IMG/VR virus record: IMGVR_UViG_3300032087_000618
Coordinates: 1-54,067 of that record
Source of the DNA: a virus
Taxonomy: Duplodnaviria; Caudoviricetes
Strand: one strand, 5' to 3'
DNA length: 54,067 nucleotides
The notes under the pieces are model-generated. The model did no database searches. It worked only from the letters and a program-made list of their open reading frames with translations, and was not told the origin of the DNA. The translations under genes were made by a program, and so were the position numbers. Positions 9,933 to 19,174 of the stretch are shown piece by piece. Position 1 is the stretch's first letter, and each line of letters begins with the position of its first letter.

Positions 9933-9998
9933 TGTCGGTGCCCGAAAGCCCGTGTCGGTTGTCGGTGCCTGAAAAAAAATGCAAGTGTAGGTGTCGGT
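9933..9998 (-). repeat. four copies of ACCGACA (TGTCGGT on +)
   Basis: TGTCGGT at 9933, 9953, 9960 and 9992 in an intergenic region. Confidence 0.8.
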
Positions 9999-10006
9999 GT
10001 TGCAAT

Positions 10007-10033
10007 AAAAAGAGGGGCATCAAAGCCCCTTCT
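10007..10033 (-). terminator. intrinsic terminator downstream of terS
   Basis: Minus strand AGGGGC-TTTGAT-GCCCCT followed by CTTTTT. Confidence 0.8.
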
Positions 10034-10179
10034 AAAAAGTGAGGGTTTTATTATTTAAGGACGGATAACCCACAACCATGTCCTCGGGTAACACCTTTAC
10101 CGTCACGGACATGACCTTATTAAAGGTAGTGTGCAATCATGTTTCCATGTACCCTGTTGCAATACTCCGAATCCATTTC

Positions 10180-10614
10180 TTATCCACCACTTAATCTATC
10201 TATCTCAGCTTGTAACTCTTCATCAGTTAGATCAGTATAGTCAAAGTTAGTATTAACATTCTCTGATCTTTGTAACTTAGGTTGTTCATACTCAGCTACA
10301 ATTGATGCTAGTCTAGATGCTTCAACCATATCGTCTTCCGATATAGACTTTAGCATGGCTAGCTTCATAACCGTAAGACCCTTAGGTATAGAATCCATCA
10401 GGCTATCTGATAAGTTGTTTACTAGATTAAGAACATCTTTCATTTGTTCTTTCATTTGCTCATTTTTAATCCTAGCTTCAGTAGCTTTCTGACTCATCAT
10501 TGCCATATGCTCTTTGTCGTGCCTTGGCTTTAGATTAGCTAATGAATTAGGGTGTATCTTTTTCTTACCTTCCTTCACATCATCTTGAGTGAAGATCTTT
10601 TCTTGAGTTGACAT
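10180..10614 (-). CDS. probable terminase small subunit
   Basis: HPNSLANLKP N-terminal motif, helical core, EYEQPKLQR...DLTDEEL tail typical of TerS. Shares a promoter motif with terL. Start moved to ATG 10614 after GGAGG. Confidence 0.6.
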   Translation of the reverse strand: MSTQEKIFTQDDVKEGKKKIHPNSLANLKPRHDKEHMAMMSQKATEARIKNEQMKEQMKDVLNLVNNLSDSLMDSIPKGLTVMKLAMLKSISEDDMVEASRLASIVAEYEQPKLQRSENVNTNFDYTDLTDEELQAEIDRLSGG

Positions 10615-10633
10615 TATATCCTCCATTCTAGGG

Positions 10634-10655
10634 CTCCCTCTATAAGGTACTATAA
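10634..10655 (-). promoter_or_regulatory. putative phage RNAP (late) promoter TTATAGTACCTTATA/GAGGGAG
   Basis: 21 of 22 bases identical to 19796-19817(+). T7-like TATA/G start, predicted +1 at 10640, just upstream of the terS RBS. Confidence 0.75.
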
Positions 10656-10905
10656 ACCCTAGACTAACATATAAGCCTTCTCTATTGCGTTCTAAGCGAG
10701 TTAAAAGAAACCCTACCTAACCTATTAAAGATCAGATAGGGCCTCTTAGGTTGTAAACTATGCGGTCCTATGGCTTTTGATCATACATACTAAGCCATAA
10801 TAAGAACAACATAAAACATGCAAAAAGAATAATAGTGAATCCCTTACTCTTTATTCCCACTTAGGAAGTTAGTTCACGTTATTAGAACGATAAACTATTA
10901 GCATG

Positions 10906-11373
10906 TTAGAACTCAGAGGAATCAACCGCTGAATCGTCTACGTCAAAGTCAACTGAACCAGTGTACTCAATTAGATCAGTGATCTGAATTGCAGTAAGGA
11001 TGGTTGAGATACCTTGACGACCAGCAACATCGTACTCTCTACGGTAAACTTTTACGTTACCCTTAGAGCCATTGCCGATCTTAATCTTAGGATCAATTGG
11101 TTGCTTCTTCCCATCGACTAAACCAACTGGATCATTTGCATCACCATCTTTCCGTACAGCTTTACGCTTTAGGTTGATAGCAACACGACTTGGATCATCC
11201 TTTACTGGACGTACACTGCCGTAACCTTCCAATTCTTCTGCACGATCTGAAGGCACAACGATTTGACACTCCCATTGCAGGGTTCCGAATGGATCTGTGG
11301 GGTTATCAGGGTCAACTTTAACGTAGTTGAGTGTAACATCACGGATGATTGAAGTTCCAAGAACTGCTGACAT
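10906..11373 (-). CDS. ssb: single-stranded DNA-binding protein (T7 gp2.5-like)
   Basis: IGNGSKGNVKV...LTAIQITDLIEY; acidic tail ending in F. Confidence 0.85.
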   Translation of the reverse strand: MSAVLGTSIIRDVTLNYVKVDPDNPTDPFGTLQWECQIVVPSDRAEELEGYGSVRPVKDDPSRVAINLKRKAVRKDGDANDPVGLVDGKKQPIDPKIKIGNGSKGNVKVYRREYDVAGRQGISTILTAIQITDLIEYTGSVDFDVDDSAVDSSEF

Positions 11374-11441
11374 AAATATATACCTTTAAATAATTAATTA
11401 AATATTTGTTTCTCTATGATTTATACTGCTCTATGCTGTTA

Positions 11442-11666
11442 TCAAGTCATGGTGTCCTCCAGTTGGTCAGTTATTTCCCAAGCAAAGTTATCCAATACCC
11501 AATGCTCAACGCAGTCAAGCACATTAACATCTCTGTGCTCTGACTTTGCTAGCTTGTAGTATGGTTCCCATTCATCAATGAGTATGCCAAGATCCGAAAT
11601 AACCGTTATGTTGCTCCGTATTTCACCGTTAACATACTCAGGTACTGCATAAGCGTACATTCTCAT
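11442..11666 (-). CDS. hypothetical protein
   Basis: 74-aa ORF coupled by ATGA overlap. Confidence 0.65.
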   Translation of the reverse strand: MRMYAYAVPEYVNGEIRSNITVISDLGILIDEWEPYYKLAKSEHRDVNVLDCVEHWVLDNFAWEITDQLEDTMT

Positions 11667-12067
11667 AGAAGATCCTTTAGTTTTACCACCTCACGATCAG
11701 ACCAATCTCCAGATTCAATCCTAGGATAATCATTGTATCCACCATCACGCAAGGTATAGGTCATTGCATTACCATAGGGAGTACTGATTACCTCCCTGTC
11801 GTAAAAGTTACTCTCACCTATACCACGGTATCCCTCCAGTCTATCGAGGCGAGAGAGGGTATCTGAGTCCACCTCGTAGACTTCTACTTTAATACTAGTA
11901 GATCCACCAGTGATACCCGGAAACCCTCCAAGTGAGAACATTTCAAACTTAGGTAACGTAAAACCTTCACCAAGAAACTTAGAGTTAGATAGCAAGACAT
12001 TGTTGCCGTTACCTTTCCTAAGTGTACCATATACTGCTACTTTATACAACTCATTTGAACCATTCAT
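11663..12067 (-). CDS. gamma-glutamylcyclotransferase (AIG2-like)
   Basis: AVYGTLRKG...EVYEV...LDRLEGY...YDR. Confidence 0.9.
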   Translation of the reverse strand: MNGSNELYKVAVYGTLRKGNGNNVLLSNSKFLGEGFTLPKFEMFSLGGFPGITGGSTSIKVEVYEVDSDTLSRLDRLEGYRGIGESNFYDREVISTPYGNAMTYTLRDGGYNDYPRIESGDWSDREVVKLKDLL

Positions 12068-12069
12068 AA

Positions 12070-13335
12070 TTAACTCCGAAACACTAGTGTAGTTGGTATC
12101 TCGACTTCAAGGTGGAATGCTAGCTCCATATCAAGACCAGGTATTACTTTAATCTTACACTTGGTTCCGTCTGCAGATACATGAAACAATTCATAAACAA
12201 GGGATTGATTTACATCTTGATTATAGTAATGAGCTAAAGCATTGAGACCTTGGATGCTAGAGAACGTATTACTTTCGTCTGAAGCTAAGTCCATAAGTGT
12301 ATCAATTACAACACTATTTATATAAATGTCTCTACTACCTACTGGCTGAGGGTTATAAAGCAATGACCATCCTCTAACATGTTCAATCATTTCCTCACTA
12401 GCTGAACTAATAAAATCCCTTCCTTTAATTTCAAGCAATCTTTCAACTCTATTAGTTACTAAGGATCTTTCTTCATTACTTAGAATTGATTGTAGAGTTT
12501 CAGGTATGCTATCATTCCATACAGTTACTGGACTAGAATCCATTAAAGACTTTAACGCATGGTAGTATCTATCTCTACTAGTTTCACTATGTAATCCACA
12601 AGCAGTATTAACTTCAATAACTGTAGCAAGCTGGCGTCTTTCATTCCATATTACATCAACAGCACCAAAGTCTAAACCTAAAGCTTTTACAGCATTAACA
12701 GCATTAGATAACACTGATGGATCTGGATCAAGGTTTTGAATAGCAAATATAAAACCATTGTTTCTATTTCTAATTTGGTAATTAGCTACACCATTCATAG
12801 AAGAATCAACAGCTTTACGTTGAACAAAGATAGCTTCACCGTTGCACACATGAACACGATACTCATCACGCTTCTTCATGTACTTAGTATACAAAGGTGC
12901 TTTTGGTATAGCTTGATCAGCCCTACTATCTTCACAGTAAGGTATCAACTCAAGACCATTACCTGAATGACTTTGAACAGTATGTCTAACTACTACATCA
13001 AAGCCATCGTTGAACCATTGCCTTGCAGTACGAACACTCGTAGTCCAGTCAGGTATATTAACTTTAACCGAAGCACGTTCGTTATGATCTTCAATTGCTT
13101 GGAAGAACTTAGTCTTATGAGAAGCTAACTTGACATTCTCAGGTTTGTTAAAGACTTTAGCACTCGGTAGGTGAGACAGATCAACAGTTGAATTACCCCA
13201 ATTGATTAAGGTAAGGTCATCTCTGTCTCTTACATTTGAGTTTTCTAGTCTCATTCGTTTACAGTTAAACATATCCGCTACAACTTTAGCAGATTCACTT
13301 GCACTACTATAAGGTACTACTAATACTTTACTCAT
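12070..13335 (-). CDS. ATP-grasp peptide ligase with C-terminal extension
   Basis: INWGN, EYRVHV, LGLDFGAVDVI, IEVNTACG. Confidence 0.88.
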   Translation of the reverse strand: MSKVLVVPYSSASESAKVVADMFNCKRMRLENSNVRDRDDLTLINWGNSTVDLSHLPSAKVFNKPENVKLASHKTKFFQAIEDHNERASVKVNIPDWTTSVRTARQWFNDGFDVVVRHTVQSHSGNGLELIPYCEDSRADQAIPKAPLYTKYMKKRDEYRVHVCNGEAIFVQRKAVDSSMNGVANYQIRNRNNGFIFAIQNLDPDPSVLSNAVNAVKALGLDFGAVDVIWNERRQLATVIEVNTACGLHSETSRDRYYHALKSLMDSSPVTVWNDSIPETLQSILSNEERSLVTNRVERLLEIKGRDFISSASEEMIEHVRGWSLLYNPQPVGSRDIYINSVVIDTLMDLASDESNTFSSIQGLNALAHYYNQDVNQSLVYELFHVSADGTKCKIKVIPGLDMELAFHLEVEIPTTLVFRS

Positions 13336-14511
13336 CTAGAACATCCTTTGGGTTTCTGAGGCTAATAAAACGGAATCTTTCTTTAACAGTTTGTCAACAA
13401 CTTCTTTACGGTGCTCATTATTAACATCTGTTTCTATGACTTCGGACAGCCAAGGTTCTGATACAATCAGAGTAGGCTCACCGTTTTCATATATTAAAGT
13501 TTGAACAAGGGCAGTGTAGTAACCAGCAAGAGAATCCATAGGCTGATTGTAACACTTGATATTAACTACAGGTTTAACGTCAGTAGTTGTACCTGTCATT
13601 GTACCAACTTTATTACTAGGTTTTGCATCTGGTAAACCATGGGAGTAAAACTCAATCTCTTCATGGCTCTTAAGATTATAGTCATGCAACTTTTTATGAC
13701 CAACCTTGGTAGTTGTAGCAACTCCCTTACCCTTAGGTATAGGTGCAGATTTATAATCATAAGTATTCCAGTTGTTGTACCCGTAGTTAGCTTGGTACTT
13801 TGGCTTTGGCTTTGGTGCTAGCTTTACCTTAGTTTGTTTCATCTTAGAGGTAGCGCCCTTCAAATCAAAGGATACCATTTGACCTACAGGTAACTCATGC
13901 AGTTCATACTTTACACCATTACGTTGAAGAACTAGGTGTAGCATGTGCTCTTCGGAAGCGTAATAGTATATATCCTTATCCTTTTGCTTTGCAATAAACA
14001 TAGGTCGTTCATCATTACGAACTATATAATACTTCATTTCGTAATCATTGTACCATGTCAGAGCAAATGCACCGATGAGTTTACTAATAACATCTTTAGG
14101 ATTATCAGCAAGACCCATAGCATATGCAATATTCTCACTGTCAACAACAAAGTCTTTATGATCAGGTAGTGTTGTCTGATCTGCAAGAGTACCGTTGTGA
14201 CATAACGTTACGTTACCGTAAGTAAACGGGTGAGCGTTCGCATCATTGACTGCACCTTGAGTAGCATATCTGTTATGACCCATCAAGAAGTCAGACTTCA
14301 AGTCAGATATCATATCACTCGTAGTTGTCAGTTGAAGAAAGTCAGTAGCATTTAAAGCTCGTTTGTATGTAGTCACGACATTGTTATGATCGTTACGTGC
14401 AATACCTGTACTATGAGAACCACGTAATGCATCCACATACAGTAACTGTTTAAATACTTTGTTGCTTACATAGGTAATATCTTTACCCACAACACCTACT
14501 AATCCACACAT
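13336..14511 (-). CDS. class II (Ntn) glutamine amidotransferase
   Basis: N-terminal MCGLVG, RGSHSTG, GHNRYATQG, NAHPF, HNGT, VDSE. Confidence 0.93.
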   Translation of the reverse strand: MCGLVGVVGKDITYVSNKVFKQLLYVDALRGSHSTGIARNDHNNVVTTYKRALNATDFLQLTTTSDMISDLKSDFLMGHNRYATQGAVNDANAHPFTYGNVTLCHNGTLADQTTLPDHKDFVVDSENIAYAMGLADNPKDVISKLIGAFALTWYNDYEMKYYIVRNDERPMFIAKQKDKDIYYYASEEHMLHLVLQRNGVKYELHELPVGQMVSFDLKGATSKMKQTKVKLAPKPKPKYQANYGYNNWNTYDYKSAPIPKGKGVATTTKVGHKKLHDYNLKSHEEIEFYSHGLPDAKPSNKVGTMTGTTTDVKPVVNIKCYNQPMDSLAGYYTALVQTLIYENGEPTLIVSEPWLSEVIETDVNNEHRKEVVDKLLKKDSVLLASETQRMF

Positions 14512-15413
14512 AAATTATCCTTAAGTTTTTCCAATTGGGTTTGACCTTGGTAGTTTTCATATATCTCAGAGTGGGCTTCTCTGAAACGTGTAGTGAATAA
14601 CAAGTCCTCGCCAATGCACACACCATCGTATATCTTTTTGCGTACACGGTTAGCACTCTTTATATTCTTTACAATAAGCTTATCACTAAAGACATGCCTA
14701 AGCATTGCGATGTGCCCATCAGTACTTAGTATCTTTGGTAGATCATGTAAAGATTTAGAAGGATCTAATACAAACATCTTTAGAGATAACAAATGATTAA
14801 TCCAGTTTATTATCTCACGCTTATCACCACTACCCTTATGACCACGGAACTCAAGAGAACCAAAGGATCTTAGGGATAGAAGATTAAGAGCAGCATATTT
14901 ACTAAAGTGTCTTTCATTTACACCGCTAGGGCCAGAGTGAATAAGATCAAACAAGTTATCAATCTGATTCTTACCACGGTATAGTGACAATGAATAGATA
15001 CCTTCTTCTCTCTCTTGTCCACATATACTGAACAGGTAAGGCTCTACCATAGCATACAATATAACAAGAGATATTACTTGATCCCAGCTTAAGTCTCTTA
15101 CATCCACATGCACATGCAAGGAAGTCCTTTCGGAAAACCTTTTATCAGGTACACTTTCAAGATACTTATGCAAAGAATCAATACGTTTACAGGCAGCACT
15201 GCCACCTATAGGTCCACTGAAAACATATTCAACACCGTTATTTCTCAACGACCCATCACTTGTCATTCTCCATCCGGGTACATGGGCTGGGTTGTACATG
15301 TTTTCTATTTCAACTTCGAGACCTACCTTAGTATTAGATAGAAGCTCTCCGTTTTTAAGCTGAGGTTTAGAGTCCTCTCTGTGATTCCACAATGATTGAA
15401 CTGTGATATCCAT
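14499..15413 (-). CDS. putative amidoligase (COOH-NH2 ligase)
   Basis: GLEVE, DGSLR, EYV, LHVHVD, KYAALN, LEFRGH. Confidence 0.88.
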   Translation of the reverse strand: MDITVQSLWNHREDSKPQLKNGELLSNTKVGLEVEIENMYNPAHVPGWRMTSDGSLRNNGVEYVFSGPIGGSAACKRIDSLHKYLESVPDKRFSERTSLHVHVDVRDLSWDQVISLVILYAMVEPYLFSICGQEREEGIYSLSLYRGKNQIDNLFDLIHSGPSGVNERHFSKYAALNLLSLRSFGSLEFRGHKGSGDKREIINWINHLLSLKMFVLDPSKSLHDLPKILSTDGHIAMLRHVFSDKLIVKNIKSANRVRKKIYDGVCIGEDLLFTTRFREAHSEIYENYQGQTQLEKLKDNLCVD

Positions 15414-16029
15414 TTGGTATAATCCTCTTTAGACTAGGTATTACATGAATTAATTTATCACTGATAGATACTGATGTACCTTTAACTACACCAACTGCAT
15501 TGTTACGATACATCAACAATGGTTTGGAGCAGAATGCAAAGTTACTAATACAGAAGTCAGATGATACAGCTCTTGCGATTTTCTCACCAGCGTCTACTAA
15601 TTCAATAGCTTCAAAGAAATCAGTATACTTTGGGTTGAATATATCATACTCCAACTTACTGCTATAATACCTAGTAGACGGGCTTAGTTGTTCAATTAGC
15701 TCATCATCGTAGGTAGTTATATGTAAATTTTGAAGTCGAAGTCCCTTCTTCCATTGCCTTGCTGCACGTCTTGAGGTATAGCACACATGATCCTTTACAT
15801 TTATCATGCCTAATGCAGGGAAGGACATCTTGAAATCGATACGTTTATTCCACAAAGGAAGTCTTATAACGTCTTGATTAGACTTCTTTACATAAGCGTA
15901 CCCATCGCAAACTTCTAACAACCTTGCTGGGTAAAACCCTTCATCATCAGGCGACTTAACTTGGATAACAGTACCCTCGTAACTTGCAGAAATGTCACGC
16001 ATGGTCATGTCACTGAAGATATTACTCAT
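15367..16029 (-). CDS. hypothetical protein in ligase cluster
   Basis: 220-aa ORF tightly coupled to its neighbours. Confidence 0.7.
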   Translation of the reverse strand: MSNIFSDMTMRDISASYEGTVIQVKSPDDEGFYPARLLEVCDGYAYVKKSNQDVIRLPLWNKRIDFKMSFPALGMINVKDHVCYTSRRAARQWKKGLRLQNLHITTYDDELIEQLSPSTRYYSSKLEYDIFNPKYTDFFEAIELVDAGEKIARAVSSDFCISNFAFCSKPLLMYRNNAVGVVKGTSVSISDKLIHVIPSLKRIIPNGYHSSIIVESQRGL

Positions 16030-16835
16030 TAACTAGGTACCTCCAATTTAAGTTCATCAATAATATGCCATGCTAAACCCTGATCACTTTTGTTAATAGC
16101 TTTCTGGACAAGCTTAGGATCACATACTTTTATGTAATCTTTCAGTTTATCTAGGTTGCTAGTGGACCATAGGGTTGTATCATAGACCCAAGACATAAGC
16201 TCATCTGAGTTTAACCAGAAGTTACTTAGTGCTCGGTACTCTACACCGTATTCTTTCGGGCGCATTGTACCTGCTTTGCCATACAACTTACGTCTCTTCG
16301 CATCGGTATCTAACAGGATCGAAGGGACACCAAGGGTATAGTCCAACATCTTGACAAGAGACTCAGCACTTCCCAAGCATGGGTCATCATACCCAACATG
16401 AACATGACCACCAGCAGTCCTCAAGTTAACCTTAGACCCGTTAGGCCTCGGCATCTCACGGCCAGTCCAAGCGTTCCACTCAGAGCTGCAACCAAATTCC
16501 ATAGCGTTAGGTCCATAACTCTCAAGCATACCTTTGTCAAAGACATAACTAGGAATGATGACTGGTTGTAAGTCATTGTTTTCTAACACATTTTTCAGAG
16601 AGGTCATAACAGCATTCATGTTCTCTACAAAATCGAAGCATGTATTAGCAGGGTTAATGTTAAATTCTGCCAGCACATTGTCTTCTTGTAGGCCACCATG
16701 AGACACTGGTCTCGGTCTCTCTTTACTACCACCAACTTTACCGATAGCAGATGTGATGTTACCTGATAGGTCTGCTACAAAAACCTCAGGGTCTGCACCC
16801 ACTGTAACGTTTTCCAACTTAGATTCGTATAACAT
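16029..16835 (-). CDS. phiEco32-like COOH-NH2 ligase type 2
   Basis: GADPEVF, QEDNVLAEFN, FGC, RTAGGHVHVG, RRKLYGKAG, YGVEYRALSNFW. Confidence 0.92.
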   Translation of the reverse strand: MLYESKLENVTVGADPEVFVADLSGNITSAIGKVGGSKERPRPVSHGGLQEDNVLAEFNINPANTCFDFVENMNAVMTSLKNVLENNDLQPVIIPSYVFDKGMLESYGPNAMEFGCSSEWNAWTGREMPRPNGSKVNLRTAGGHVHVGYDDPCLGSAESLVKMLDYTLGVPSILLDTDAKRRKLYGKAGTMRPKEYGVEYRALSNFWLNSDELMSWVYDTTLWSTSNLDKLKDYIKVCDPKLVQKAINKSDQGLAWHIIDELKLEVPS

Positions 16836-16845
16836 AGAGTAGTCC

Positions 16846-17802
16846 TCAGTTCTCTATAAGTGAAATGATTTGTTGCATTTGATCAGAAGTTATATGGCGA
16901 TTAGGTAAACTAATATAACGTAAGTCACCGAACCTGTATACACTTTCTAGCCCTAGTATATCTTTAGCTACAGTTAGCATAAAGTTACCACGACGATAAG
17001 CACTAGCACCCTTCTTGGCAAAGAACCTACCCAAACATTCTGGGTTAGACTTTGGAGCACGATGGTACTTGTTAGTATCCCGGAACAATCCTTGTATACC
17101 CTTGAACAATTTGTCATCATACTCTTCATTGACTAAACGATTCAACAGGATCTTAAGGGTTCGTACTGTGGTATACTCAGGGTACAGTACGGTACTTTCG
17201 GCACAGCTAATAGGGTTAAACATATCTAGACGATAAGCTGTATCCTTTTCCTCTGAGCCTCTAAGTTCTGGATCAGAGGTAGCTTCACCGGACTCATAGT
17301 TGTGACTTAAGGTATTGTTAAGGCCCAACGCTAATACAAATGCAGTATCCTTCTGGGCTTTATGGTATCTAACGAGACGATCCCATTGCCTAACTATACC
17401 AGCTTGAAACTGTGGTAGTCTCAACAAGAATAGAACCAACATCATTCTATCTGCAGGTACATCAGACTTAACCCTGAACCCAGACTTGTAAGCCACTATG
17501 TTATTGGGCTTCCTGCTGTCCAATATACAATCACTAATGAACGGAAGACTCATTAGATAAGACCACCACCTAGATGCTGTAGACCAGTTCATCAATGGAG
17601 ATAACCTTATATCTTCGATGTAGCATTCTGAATCTTCGCAGAATTGTTCACCAAAGAAAGGCTTGTACTTTATGTTATGAATCCGAATACCATACTCACG
17701 GTCTCTATGATCAAGTATGTTATTGATATGAGCAAAGCAAGCTCTATCATTAAACTTGAGAGTCCTTGAGTTATTAGTTACAACTTCAAATGATACACTC
17801 AT
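16846..17802 (-). CDS. hypothetical protein
   Basis: 318-aa ORF with GAGG RBS; no motif recognised. Confidence 0.75.
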   Translation of the reverse strand: MSVSFEVVTNNSRTLKFNDRACFAHINNILDHRDREYGIRIHNIKYKPFFGEQFCEDSECYIEDIRLSPLMNWSTASRWWSYLMSLPFISDCILDSRKPNNIVAYKSGFRVKSDVPADRMMLVLFLLRLPQFQAGIVRQWDRLVRYHKAQKDTAFVLALGLNNTLSHNYESGEATSDPELRGSEEKDTAYRLDMFNPISCAESTVLYPEYTTVRTLKILLNRLVNEEYDDKLFKGIQGLFRDTNKYHRAPKSNPECLGRFFAKKGASAYRRGNFMLTVAKDILGLESVYRFGDLRYISLPNRHITSDQMQQIISLIEN

Positions 17803-17875
17803 TCTTTGTCCTCTTGGTTAAGTTCATTACACTTAATATAAATTGAAACGATTACTGCACCTATAAACAATAATA

Positions 17876-18058
17876 TTATATCGCCCATTTGTCCATCACC
17901 TTTTCAACACGTAAAAAGAATTTAACAATATGAACACGTATCCTATCAAGGTCTTCGGCACTAGCTCTGCCTTGGTATCCATTGATGTGGTGTACGTAAC
18001 GTGCAATAGCTGCACCTCTCAACTTGTTATCATCTATATCAGCAAAGTTAAACTCCAT
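17876..18058 (-). CDS. hypothetical protein
   Basis: 60-aa ORF with GGAGG RBS. Confidence 0.65.
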   Translation of the reverse strand: MEFNFADIDDNKLRGAAIARYVHHINGYQGRASAEDLDRIRVHIVKFFLRVEKVMDKWAI

Positions 18059-18347
18059 CGTTATAGTCCTCCGAGATATCCTTAAGGTCTACATAGACTG
18101 GGTTACGCTTTCCATCGGGAGACACTAGGGCTACAGTCTTATGCCCTTTGACCTTGAAGATACCGTTGGCTACTAAGGTTTCACCGTAAGGCAGTGAACG
18201 TTTACCTAGGTAGATACCACCAGATATACGTTGACCCTTAGGGTACCATGCAGTTACAACTTTCATCTCATTCTCATTGGTGCTGTGTATTACAGACCAA
18301 GTCTTCTCAACAACATTACTTGCTTTTACTCTTGTACCGTATTGCAT
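18048..18347 (-). CDS. hypothetical protein (first gene of the putative middle block)
   Basis: 99-aa ORF with GAGG RBS. Confidence 0.7.
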   Translation of the reverse strand: MQYGTRVKASNVVEKTWSVIHSTNENEMKVVTAWYPKGQRISGGIYLGKRSLPYGETLVANGIFKVKGHKTVALVSPDGKRNPVYVDLKDISEDYNDGV

Positions 18348-18394
18348 TATGCTATCCTCGGTTTGCTTGTGGAGTCCATGGGGAGCCCATGGGG

Positions 18395-18446
18395 TGTCGG
18401 TTGCTTGTAAAAAACACCGGGCAATTATGCCCGTGTGTGTGTCGGT
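18395..18446 (-). repeat. two copies of ACCGACA flanking a hairpin plus T-tract
   Basis: TGTCGGT at 18395 and 18440; CGGGCA-ATTA-TGCCCG hairpin at 18418-18433. Confidence 0.75.
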
Positions 18447-18455
18447 TATTACAAT

Positions 18456-18496
18456 AAAAAAGAGGGCGATCTCTCCGATTAGGAAAGACCACCCTC
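18456..18496 (-). terminator. strong intrinsic terminator closing the early region
   Basis: Minus-strand 15-bp stem GAGGGTGGTCTTTCC/GGAGAGATCGCCCTC with 3 G.U pairs that form only in minus-strand RNA, 5-nt loop, then T6. Confidence 0.85.
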
Positions 18497-18551
18497 AACG
18501 GGGGAAACTGGAGGTACGCACCCTGAACTAGCAGTACGCACCACAGACCGT

Positions 18552-19040
18552 TTAGAACGGTGAGTCAGAAGCCGTAGCAGGCTCGGACTCGATGTTGAGC
18601 TCGAGGAGCTTCGCAGTAAGTGCGTCTTGCTTAGACTGTTTAAGGTCAAAGCTAACCGCACGAACAGCAACAATCCGCGCATTAGTACCAGCTTTATATT
18701 TGGTACCATCTTTGCGCTGACCTGCAGGATAGTCACGAAGCTCAAATAATAAATGAGCAACGGCACCATTCTCCAAATCATCCTCGATATCATTACCCTC
18801 TGCGTCCTGAATAGACACAGGTGGTACATCGACATCCATTGCGCCATACTTGGCATTGGTGCTATACCAGAAGCCACCATCGTTGGCAGTCTTTAGACCT
18901 ATTTCAGCCAGACCTTCACCACTAAGATGAGCTCCGTACTGCAGGCCAAACTTACCACGATATGCTCTACGAAGCTTGCACGCAGAGATAGTGACATTAG
19001 GTATAGCAACGGTTCTGACTTTAACTTTATCATTTGACAT
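18552..19040 (-). CDS. second SSB-like protein (gp2.5-like OB fold), early gene
   Basis: Resembles 10906-11373 by eye (LENGAVAHLLFELRDY...ARIVAVRAVSF). C-terminus ...SDSPF is like the bacterial SSB acidic PF tail. Confidence 0.6.
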   Translation of the reverse strand: MSNDKVKVRTVAIPNVTISACKLRRAYRGKFGLQYGAHLSGEGLAEIGLKTANDGGFWYSTNAKYGAMDVDVPPVSIQDAEGNDIEDDLENGAVAHLLFELRDYPAGQRKDGTKYKAGTNARIVAVRAVSFDLKQSKQDALTAKLLELNIESEPATASDSPF

Positions 19041-19119
19041 GATAGATTCCTCTTGGTTGAATTACACTAGGTTAGTGTATCCAAGAAGGATGCCAGACTC
19101 GCAGGCACCCCCAAGGATA

Positions 19120-19141
19120 CCTTATACCAGCCGAAGGCTGG
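19120..19141 (-). promoter_or_regulatory. candidate virion-RNAP hairpin promoter (template = + strand)
   Basis: Perfect CCAGCC-GAA-GGCTGG at 19127-19141 with a C-GNA-G triloop as in N4 early promoters, preceded by CC-TTATA; upstream of the early SSB gene. Confidence 0.55.
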
Positions 19142-19174
19142 CTGTTACAACAACAAAATACGCTGTAACTATAA

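Noticed and set aside
10768-10860. 30-aa hydrophobic minus-strand ORF between ssb and terS
   Set aside because: GTG start without a clear RBS; possible but unsupported
18424-18454. Sigma70 promoter TTGTAA-N19-CATAAT on the minus strand
   Set aside because: Spacer is 19 bp and the -10 lies in a hairpin loop; too weak to call
18479-18880. 133-aa alternate-frame minus ORF
   Set aside because: Overlaps the SSB-like gene and runs into the terminator; no RBS
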